A DNA stretch of 42,498 nucleotides from a virus. Taxonomy: Duplodnaviria; Caudoviricetes. The notes beneath the pieces were generated by a model. The model did no database searches. It had not been told where the DNA came from and saw only the letters and a list, made by a program, of their open reading frames with translations. The stretch is from positions 1 through 42,498 of the IMG/VR virus record IMGVR_UViG_3300033405_000377. One strand, 5' to 3'. This document shows, in pieces, positions 35,214 through 42,498 of this stretch; position 1 is the first letter of the stretch; each line of letters starts with the position of its first letter. The translations under genes and the position numbers were made by a program.

Positions 35214-35305
35214 AATGGTAAATTTTTAAGTGTGCAACTATTTGCACTTAAAGACAAAACAGGGGTTAAAGTCGAAAGAAAAACGTCATATTTATATTTA
35301 TTTAA

Positions 35306-35755
35306 CTATATGGTTACATTGCATTGTTTTGCGTACGATTTTCTTAGCCGGTACCATTTTTGAGAGATCGTATACCAATATTTTTCTTCAATGCCGTGTT
35401 TTTCCATGTAAGCATAGATAAGTGTGCTCAATTTGCAATTTTGGTTTCCGAGTGCACCTATTTCCTGATACATTGATCGCTTTAATAATTCATCAAATGA
35501 TTCAAGTAAAGCCTGTCGGGTTGATGAACTTATATAGTGATATACGCGCGGATCTTTTTCTTTGAAATACGGAATACGTATTTTAACATTACATAGTTCG
35601 GAATAGTCTGTAAAACCTTCCGGTTCTTTGCTTAGATATTCACGCAATATTCTTGCTTCAGGGCTATCCCGAATCAATTCTACAGGATACCCAAATGAAT
35701 GGCGTATAAATTGGGCTAAATGTTCGGGGGCAGATAGGTAAATGAAGTACTCCAT
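35306..35755 (-). CDS. Hypothetical protein, candidate late-gene regulator
   Basis: At the early/late boundary with its own consensus -7 box (TATATTTG at about 35775-35782); basic helical C-terminus QKWYRLRK. Confidence 0.7.
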   Translation of the reverse strand: MEYFIYLSAPEHLAQFIRHSFGYPVELIRDSPEARILREYLSKEPEGFTDYSELCNVKIRIPYFKEKDPRVYHYISSSTRQALLESFDELLKRSMYQEIGALGNQNCKLSTLIYAYMEKHGIEEKYWYTISQKWYRLRKSYAKQCNVTI

Positions 35756-36366
35756 ATTTCAAGACATTTTAACTTCAAATATAAGCATTAACGCTCACAT
35801 TACCAAATAAATACAGTTAATAATAGTGCATTTTTGCTATTGTTTTTCAATAAATAAATCATATCAAAATACCCCTTGCAATATCAATATAAATAAAGTG
35901 TGCTTTTGTACATTTTGCTTATATATGTTATCTTATTGTATTGATAATTTGCGTTTTAACTCCGTACTATTTTCTGTACAGAAGTACAATAAAAAGAGTA
36001 CGAATGAAAAATAACGGAACTGTACGGTATTTTAGTGAGTAGTGCGTAACCGTGCAAAAATCGTGCAGCTATTAATTATTTATCAATCAATATAATAAAT
36101 AATGAAAAATACACATCTGTACAGTTGCACGGTTTTTTTTACTATTTTCTATATAGTCTATTTTGTAAATGTAAAAAATATAAAAAAAGAATATATTATA
36201 TGTCCTTTCCCGGATTGCCGCCCTCCCTCCTGTCTGATTGTCCAATTTTTGAAAAGTGTACGGAATTGGGGGGAAAGGGGGAAAACCGCGCATCGGAGAA
36301 TTGGTTTAAAAGGAAAACGGCCTGCACTATCGTGCAAGCCGTTTGAAGTGTTTAGATTTCAAGCTC

Positions 36367-36696
36367 CTATCGTCGCTTAAAATCGGTGGGGTAATAAACA
36401 TTACAGCACCATGCGAATTCAGCCGGTAATCGTCTCACACCTATCACTACGCATATGCCGGAGGACGCAATACGCGTCAATAAATGAAAGTCTATTTCGC
36501 TTCGTTTGAAATCATGGGTGCCGGCAAGAATGAAATAAGCACTATTCATGTCAAAATCATGCGTGAATTGCCGTACGAGTTTACGCGCGTCGCTTTGTGT
36601 CCTGGCAAAGCCTCTACCAAGTGCTACGGCGGCTACCATTGAAGCGCGTTCCTCTGCATCGGGTGAAACTACCACTGTGATTTTATTGTCCTTCAT
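36367..36696 (-). CDS. Hypothetical phage protein
   Basis: Last ORF of the replication operon. Confidence 0.65.
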   Translation of the reverse strand: MKDNKITVVVSPDAEERASMVAAVALGRGFARTQSDARKLVRQFTHDFDMNSAYFILAGTHDFKRSEIDFHLLTRIASSGICVVIGVRRLPAEFAWCCNVYYPTDFKRR

Positions 36697-36844
36697 GAAG
36701 CTTTCTTTCCATTACTGTCTCATTCTTTGCAGATAGTTTTTCGATCATTTCTTTCAAACTATCTGGAACTTGTCCATCGTCAACTGCTTTTATGTCATAA
36801 TCGGGTTCAAAAGCAGGTTGTTGTTTTACTAATTTGTCTTCCAT
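36683..36844 (-). CDS. Small hypothetical protein (53 aa)
   Basis: Hand translation MEDKLVKQQPAFEPDYDIKAVDDGQVPDSLKEMIEKLSAKNETVMERKLHEGQ*; fills the operon gap. Confidence 0.45.
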   Translation of the reverse strand: MEDKLVKQQPAFEPDYDIKAVDDGQVPDSLKEMIEKLSAKNETVMERKLHEGQ

Positions 36845-36970
36845 TTTTGTTTTGACGGTTAACCACCACCGAAAGTTTTAATTGATAATTATTTGTTTGA
36901 ATTTTCTTGTAAGCTTTCCGTTGCGGGGTATTTTGGTACTCCCGTTGGTATGTTTTCATCTCTTCGGGTG

Positions 36971-37747
36971 TCATAGTTCTAATTTTGTTTGATGGTCCCG
37001 CATAAAACAATATTCTGTTATTGATAAATTGCTAATCCACCAATTAAATGCATCTTGTCCGTTTATAAAATGATGCGCAAAAGATTTATCTGGATTCCTT
37101 TCAATTACCTTCTGTGCAGTATTAATATATGCCCGCATAATATTCGGATTTGATATTAATTCTTTCAATCGATTATTCGACATTGGGCAACCTACACAGC
37201 CTATCCTTAACTGAGTTTGATACAAAGAACAGGTCGAAATGTTTCGTATGGAAAGGAATTTCCATACATCCGCATCTGTCCAATTTAAAATTGGAGAAAG
37301 TAAATTTTTGTCACATCCATTTTTGCAGTCCGACGTAAATTCAATTCGTTTTGACCTTTTCACACTTTCAGATCTACGAATACCTATTATCACAACACGG
37401 TTAAGACCCTGTTTTTCTTTTATATATTCACAACAAAAACGGGTCTTGCGTGTAGGTAAACTTTTCTTTTTGAGAATCAATTGGAACATAGTAAGTTTAG
37501 GCCGAAACCAAATGACATCAGGATAGTTAACACGAATAAATGATAGTAGTTCTTTCGGATCGACAGACGTTTTGTAGAAATATCCCTGAAATTTCACACC
37601 TGACATCTTAGCCAATTCGTAAATCACCTGACTATCCTTACCTCCAGAAAATGCCAGGTGAAAACCTTCATCAGAGTATTTTAACGCTAATTTTTCAGTT
37701 TTGCGAATTAAGGCGATAGAGGTGTCTATTTTTTCTTGAAGGGCCAT
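36971..37747 (-). CDS. Phosphoadenosine phosphosulfate reductase family protein
   Basis: AFSGGKDS PP-loop, RFCCEYIKE, GIRRSESVKR, PILNWT and RIGCVGCPM motifs. Confidence 0.92.
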   Translation of the reverse strand: MALQEKIDTSIALIRKTEKLALKYSDEGFHLAFSGGKDSQVIYELAKMSGVKFQGYFYKTSVDPKELLSFIRVNYPDVIWFRPKLTMFQLILKKKSLPTRKTRFCCEYIKEKQGLNRVVIIGIRRSESVKRSKRIEFTSDCKNGCDKNLLSPILNWTDADVWKFLSIRNISTCSLYQTQLRIGCVGCPMSNNRLKELISNPNIMRAYINTAQKVIERNPDKSFAHHFINGQDAFNWWISNLSITEYCFMRDHQTKLEL

Positions 37748-37761
37748 AATGTTTTTCTTGT

Positions 37762-38079
37762 TTAGTGATTAATATGTTCCGATATATAGCACTCTATGGC
37801 CTTTAATAGTTCATCGCTGTCATCACCGAAATCACATGCTCGTTCATAATTAACGGTAGTGTCAACGAATCGACGCATATCACCGGCAGCACTTTTCATC
37901 CGGAGGACCTTTTGTTTATCCTGGAACCGGAACACACCGGCACGTTTCATGCTTTCTTCTATCCGGAGAATGACGGTTTCCTGAATGTCGGCTAACAAAT
38001 ATATCAGGTTTATATCAGCGGCCAATTGTTTTGGATCAATGTTTGCTCGTTGTAGTAGAACGGCTGTTGAGTTGTTCAT
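37762..38079 (-). CDS. Hypothetical protein
   Basis: ORF in the early operon. Confidence 0.7.
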   Translation of the reverse strand: MNNSTAVLLQRANIDPKQLAADINLIYLLADIQETVILRIEESMKRAGVFRFQDKQKVLRMKSAAGDMRRFVDTTVNYERACDFGDDSDELLKAIECYISEHINH

Positions 38080-38425
38080 TTGTTTTCTTTTTTTGTAATG
38101 GTTGAAACGGGGGGAGCCGCTGAATTACACGAAATGTGTTGTCGGTGAATACATAATCATTATCTTTTTGCTCATTAATGAACATGCAGGCCACCTTTAC
38201 GAACAGCTCCCTGTTCTGGGGCTTCACATGCAGCTCGAATTCATACCGGTCGCCGGGCTTCATTTCCATAAGAGCTTTGTAGACGCCGTTTACGAAAGTC
38301 ATAAACCGATGGCCATGTTTGGATAGAAGCTCGTCGATCTCACTATTTGATTGCAGACGATAAGCTGAATAATCTATTAGCATTGCTTTATGTTGTTCGT
38401 CTATTGCTTCTCTGGTTTTGTGCAT
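38036..38425 (-). CDS. Hypothetical protein
   Basis: ORF in the early operon; VKPQNRELFVKVACMFI motif. Confidence 0.65.
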   Translation of the reverse strand: MHKTREAIDEQHKAMLIDYSAYRLQSNSEIDELLSKHGHRFMTFVNGVYKALMEMKPGDRYEFELHVKPQNRELFVKVACMFINEQKDNDYVFTDNTFRVIQRLPPFQPLQKKKTNEQLNSRSTTTSKH

Positions 38426-38613
38426 GATGGTATGTGTCCAAAATTATGAGTTTGATAATACTTTGTTTCAGCACCACAACAGTGCTTTGCTTTTTTACCG
38501 CTTCCACATTTGCAGGTTGCGTTTCTTAATGTTTTTTTCGCCACTAAATGTTGATTTGGCGAAGGCTGCCATACTGTTACAGTATGTTCTTTAATTTCTT
38601 TGTTTGATTTCAT
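38401..38613 (-). CDS. SEC-C metal-binding motif protein
   Basis: RNATCKCGSGKKAKHCCG; start MKSNKE. Confidence 0.7.
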   Translation of the reverse strand: MKSNKEIKEHTVTVWQPSPNQHLVAKKTLRNATCKCGSGKKAKHCCGAETKYYQTHNFGHIPSCTKPEKQ

Positions 38614-38623
38614 AAGTATATTA

Positions 38624-41600
38624 TTAAAATGTTGAATCAAATGTATTGTCATCTCCATTCATATCTAAGTTCAGTTCCGGAGACGAGTATTGTTGCTTGA
38701 AATAGTTGTCATCGCCGATCGTGAAGTATTCCACGCCTCCGGATTTATCATCAAGATCCGGCTTGCCATCTTTGTCAAAAAACATTGGTAGTTTCGTAGT
38801 TGCATCATAGCGTTGTGGGTTGAAAGTATAACCTTTCCATTCGCAATACCCTTTCAGTTTTCGCTTGAAAACAGTTGGGTTACACCACTTAATATCAGCT
38901 TTGAACATGTCTAGATACTTGTCGTATATCTCCTTGCGATTCAGTCGGTGGTTTATATGTTCTTCCCCGGAGAAGTATTCATCTGCCCATTGTATCATAT
39001 TTTCGCCTATAAATTGGCGAAGTATTCGCGATGCAAGCCGTTCACCCGGGCTTTCAACTACACCAAAACGAAGGTATAGTTGCACGCATAGTGCCACCAG
39101 ATTCCAGAATAAATTCCATTGTTCAAAGTCCCATTCGTCGAAAAAAAGCGTGCCGAAATCGTGTATAGGCTTATGCTCGTCGTTATAGAAATCGGAGAAA
39201 GCCACGAGCCATTGCCGGTCTTTGAAACTACTACCGGAACCGTTCAATGCATGATTTGTGGTAATGTAAATCTTTGGGGATGTGGCAAAAGGGAAGGTGC
39301 AGCGGCGACCGCCTTTGTAATTCACGGCCCAGTCGCCGGTGATATTGGCAAACAGACTTTCAAAATCGAATCCAGGACGTACGTCATCGATAAAAGCGGA
39401 TCGTGTTTCTTCTGTAATTCCATCCCAAAGAAACTGATCGGTACTCATGTCTGTTTTTTTGCCATTGATATAGATAGTGGGTGCGATATGCTTCAATGCT
39501 TCACCCACAATCGATTTACCACTCCGGCCGAATGAACTGCCAACTTCGCTTTGCCTTCCGTCCATGGCCACTACCGCTTTTGCAGTACTTCTATCCTTAT
39601 TGTCCATCACCATATACCCTATTGCGCATAGCTTCGCAATAAGGTGTTGCCTATTTTCATTTATCTCATCTTCTGATATTGATATTTCGTTTATCTTTTC
39701 CGGGGTATCCTTTAACATGGCTTCCTTGCGCCATGTAAAATTTGAGGAATTTATGAGGAACTGTAGAAAGTGACAAGCATTGCCGGCTTCGGAAAGAGTA
39801 TAATTATATACTCCATTTTCTTCACGATTGACACTGATCAGCGGCTTAATTAACTTTGCTGGAAAGTTCTTACGTGCATCACTCCAAATGTGGTGAGTAA
39901 TATTAGTGTAGTCTATTTCAGTGATTCTTCGCTCGTTTACTTCCCAACATTTTTGAGCGAAGTAAAATAGTTGGGTGTCACGTGCCGGAAGCACGAAATT
40001 GGGGGCAATAAATGATAACAAGGATAGTTTATCCGGGCCTAGATATTGAGTGCCTCCTTTGCTTATCATTTCATTGACGTCCTCGCTGCAATTGGCTTCA
40101 GTAAATTCAAATAAAAAATCGCGGATTTCCCAAGCTTCCACGGTGCGAACTGTTGGTTGTGTGAGGTGGATAAATTCATAAGTGCCATCTAGGCGGCGAT
40201 ACCTCCCAAAACCTCTATTTTGCAAGAACCTTCTAGAACGCACATATTTGAATTCGTAGGTAGTGTATGTATTTCCCGACTTATCAAATTTTTCATTTTT
40301 CTGCCAATATTGTTCATCGCTCTCGATCGGCTGTGCGCTCTCCAGTTCGTTTTTGTCATTCAGACGCCATTTATGTCTACCGATACAAAATTCAGGCATA
40401 TCCTTCAATACATCCCGGTGCATATCTGCAAATACCTTCGGGTTATTCAAACCCCAAAGTTCTTCCAATTTATGATCAGTCCACGTGGTTATTTTGTGTA
40501 GTTGGATATATTTACCGGATAGATTCTTTTCGTTGATCAGGTAGTCGATATCAGTCTTTAGTTCATCTTCACGGCTTTTCAGGGTATTGGCCAACAGATC
40601 ATCGATGCCTTTGTCTTTCTCATTATTAGGTTTCACGTAGCCGAAAAAGATTTCTACGTAAATGTCGCGGTTCTTCAGTGAGCGCATGTATTCTTTGTAA
40701 GATCGTACTGCATAAAAGAAATTGCGCGGGCGTTTTTCAACCTGGTCATTGATTCGTATCTCATGCGAAAGATCATTCCAATCTGCGTCGAGCAGGAAGC
40801 ATATTTCCTTCACAGCGCATTTTTGAATGATCCGGATCAAATCCTCCGGAATACGTCCATTAATACCAAGATTCTGAATTCCACTGATAGCAATTGACGG
40901 GATGCCGTGTTTACAGGCTTTTTCTGCTTTCTTTTCACCTTCCTGGATATAGAGCCTATCGATTGGTTCTCCGGATTTGAAGAGAGCCCGGATCACTTCC
41001 GGAATATAGATAAACGTTCCGCTACCTGCCGGAGATTTATATTTGTATGGCTTCCCTTCTTTATCTTTATGCTCATCCGGAAACTGCCATCGGACGCGGA
41101 AGTATTCTTTTACACGTCCGGTTTCTTTGCCTTTTTTATCCTTTTGTGCATAACGAATAGGAAGCCCGTCGAGGTCATAATATTCAATGATCACATCGTC
41201 GCCGGGGATGATATTGTTGAATTGATCAAGTGTGCCGCTTTTGAATGTGCGACATTGAAAAACAGATGATTTTTCATCTGTTTTGTAGACATGTGCCATC
41301 ACATCCTTTTCCGTCAATCCGCTTTCTTTCAGCATCCGATTGCAATAACTATTCTTTTCGGGGGATGCTTTCTTGGAAGGTTTAACTGAAGGTTTAAGCA
41401 CCGGTTTCTTTTCCTCCAAAAAAACATTGCATTTAGGGGCCAGATATTCTAATGCTTGTGGAAATGTGTAGTTTTGCCCTTTCATCAGGTAGTCTACAGG
41501 TGTTTTGCCGTGTATGCCGTTACATTTGAAACATTTGAAAATACCTTTGGCTGGAGTGATTGTAAGTCCCCGTTCTTCGTTGCAACTGGGACATTTTCCC

Positions 41601-41710
41601 ACAAAACTCACTCCACTTTTATGTAGGCTTGTAAATTCGGAGATTACTTCAACCAGTTTGCAGGCAGATGCGTCAAGGATGCGTTGTTTATCGGTATCTG
41701 AAATATACAT
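38624..41710 (-). CDS. DNA primase-helicase (Zn finger + TOPRIM + P-loop helicase)
   Basis: CPSC...FKCFKC Zn finger; IQEGEKKA, LDADW and KGIDD TOPRIM motifs; GRSGKS Walker A and AFIDD Walker B. Confidence 0.92.
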   Translation of the reverse strand: MYISDTDKQRILDASACKLVEVISEFTSLHKSGVSFVGKCPSCNEERGLTITPAKGIFKCFKCNGIHGKTPVDYLMKGQNYTFPQALEYLAPKCNVFLEEKKPVLKPSVKPSKKASPEKNSYCNRMLKESGLTEKDVMAHVYKTDEKSSVFQCRTFKSGTLDQFNNIIPGDDVIIEYYDLDGLPIRYAQKDKKGKETGRVKEYFRVRWQFPDEHKDKEGKPYKYKSPAGSGTFIYIPEVIRALFKSGEPIDRLYIQEGEKKAEKACKHGIPSIAISGIQNLGINGRIPEDLIRIIQKCAVKEICFLLDADWNDLSHEIRINDQVEKRPRNFFYAVRSYKEYMRSLKNRDIYVEIFFGYVKPNNEKDKGIDDLLANTLKSREDELKTDIDYLINEKNLSGKYIQLHKITTWTDHKLEELWGLNNPKVFADMHRDVLKDMPEFCIGRHKWRLNDKNELESAQPIESDEQYWQKNEKFDKSGNTYTTYEFKYVRSRRFLQNRGFGRYRRLDGTYEFIHLTQPTVRTVEAWEIRDFLFEFTEANCSEDVNEMISKGGTQYLGPDKLSLLSFIAPNFVLPARDTQLFYFAQKCWEVNERRITEIDYTNITHHIWSDARKNFPAKLIKPLISVNREENGVYNYTLSEAGNACHFLQFLINSSNFTWRKEAMLKDTPEKINEISISEDEINENRQHLIAKLCAIGYMVMDNKDRSTAKAVVAMDGRQSEVGSSFGRSGKSIVGEALKHIAPTIYINGKKTDMSTDQFLWDGITEETRSAFIDDVRPGFDFESLFANITGDWAVNYKGGRRCTFPFATSPKIYITTNHALNGSGSSFKDRQWLVAFSDFYNDEHKPIHDFGTLFFDEWDFEQWNLFWNLVALCVQLYLRFGVVESPGERLASRILRQFIGENMIQWADEYFSGEEHINHRLNRKEIYDKYLDMFKADIKWCNPTVFKRKLKGYCEWKGYTFNPQRYDATTKLPMFFDKDGKPDLDDKSGGVEYFTIGDDNYFKQQYSSPELNLDMNGDDNTFDSTF

Positions 41711-41727
41711 GATGAACTATACTATTT

Positions 41728-41895
41728 TTAATTGCACGTTGAAGCCAAAAGCGGCCAGTTTTTTTCTATCGAAGGATTACGATCACCGGCATTTACCGGC
41801 AGGTAAATCATACGTTCGCGGGTAACAATGGTATAACCATTTTTCCTTGCGTTGTAGACAAGATTATACCTTCGTTTTATTCGTGGGTTAATCAT
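41728..41895 (-). CDS. Small basic protein (55 aa), possibly frameshifted at an A7 run
   Basis: MINPRIKRRYNLVYNARKNGYTIVTRERMIYLP...; fills the gap before the primase. Confidence 0.55.
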   Translation of the reverse strand: MINPRIKRRYNLVYNARKNGYTIVTRERMIYLPVNAGDRNPSIEKNWPLLASTCN

Positions 41896-42190
41896 TAGTA
41901 GAACAAATTTCCAGATTTACTTTATAAATTTCCAAATAACAAATCCCATCTGCAATTGATATTTGAGTACTTGTGTCATAATTCCACATACTAAATTTCA
42001 CATCCCGGCATCTTCGGCTTTCTATATTTATTTCTTCAATTCGACGGTTTACTTCTTTGGTAAAATCATACTTTGATTCTTCATCCGGGAAAAGTATTCC
42101 GTCTAAAGTTTTTACATAATTATAGGCCGTCGATTCTGCACTGTTCTTGCATTGATTCCCGTTTATGAATTTTACAAAATACTTACTCAT
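41888..42190 (-). CDS. Hypothetical protein
   Basis: Early-region ORF. Confidence 0.65.
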   Translation of the reverse strand: MSKYFVKFINGNQCKNSAESTAYNYVKTLDGILFPDEESKYDFTKEVNRRIEEINIESRRCRDVKFSMWNYDTSTQISIADGICYLEIYKVNLEICSTND

Positions 42191-42262
42191 AATGTTTTGT
42201 TTTTATTAGTTTAAGAGGAACCGCCTGGGCCATCACGGATAAGGCGGTTAGATTTTGGTTGG

Positions 42263-42463
42263 TTAATAACGAGGTCTCTTTAGATTCTTAAATAGAATAA
42301 AGAAGCTAACTGCAAAAGCCACTAAGGCAATTGAAGCACAAAAAAGATATTTATAAAATGGGAACATTTCCGGTTTTTCGCATGTATCTAATAGGGCAAA
42401 AAACATTTCGTAAGTCGTAAGTCCTGAAGCTATGATCAGTAATGTTATCAGTAATTTTTTCAT
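42263..42463 (-). CDS. Small two-TM membrane protein
   Basis: Two hydrophobic segments and a basic tail. Confidence 0.6.
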   Translation of the reverse strand: MKKLLITLLIIASGLTTYEMFFALLDTCEKPEMFPFYKYLFCASIALVAFAVSFFILFKNLKRPRY

Positions 42464-42498
42464 TTTATTTCAGATTCAAAGATTTCTCGAATGGAACT

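Larger units (their letters stand above)
4544..42498. mobile_element. Siphovirus-like prophage integrated at the ssrA 3' end; right end is outside the window
   Basis: Integrase starts about 105 bp after the tmRNA. Terminase, portal, protease, capsid, TMP, lysis and replication genes are all present. No sheath or baseplate genes recognised. The second att copy is not in the window. Confidence 0.92.

Noticed and set aside
35221-35260. Sixth TGTCTTT copy upstream of the 147-aa gene
   Set aside because: The T-run is short and the position 27 nt away reads TAAAAATT, not a -7 box.
36087-36380. Overlapping short ORFs on both strands
   Set aside because: Low-complexity translations of an AT-rich intergenic region.
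4544-42498. Stop-codon reassignment as seen in some Bacteroidota phages
   Set aside because: Genes are full length under code 11, and TAG, TGA and TAA all serve as stops.

Overview
Low-GC Bacteroidota (most likely Bacteroidales) chromosomal window. The assignment rests on the tmRNA tag GENNYALAA and many TAnnTTTG -7 promoter boxes. Bases 1-4.1 kb are host or island genes: a WG-repeat protein, a PLD-nuclease/J-domain fusion, a 24-bp inverted-repeat cassette, an XRE regulator and a RelE/HigBA-like TA pair. These are followed by ssrA (tmRNA, 4149-4543). From about 4.55 kb to beyond the right edge lies a siphovirus-like prophage integrated at the ssrA 3' end. After its tyrosine integrase, all phage genes are on the minus strand. 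Left to right they are tail-tip protein, tape measure, lysis cassette, tail fibre cassette, neck and portal genes, an accessory cassette (KilA-N, a c4/CI-like antisense RNA leader, DUF4468-like, DEDDh-BRCT, HicAB), terminase, major tail, capsid, scaffold, S49 protease, and early genes (PAPS reductase, primase-helicase). Five observations stand out. (i) A P1 c4 / P4 CI-like antisense RNA architecture at 25605-25821. (ii) Five copies of a fixed-spacing GTCTTTTT / -7 promoter in front of the structural operons, two of them embedded in hairpins that cover the translation start region. (iii) A PLD-nuclease/J-domain plus WG-repeat operon behind a possible invertible segment. (iv) A lysis gene with an N-terminal membrane anchor and a C-terminal beta-signal, a candidate unconventional spanin. 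(v) A split virion gene order with accessory genes between portal and terminase. All product calls come from motif recognition by eye; no database searches were run.
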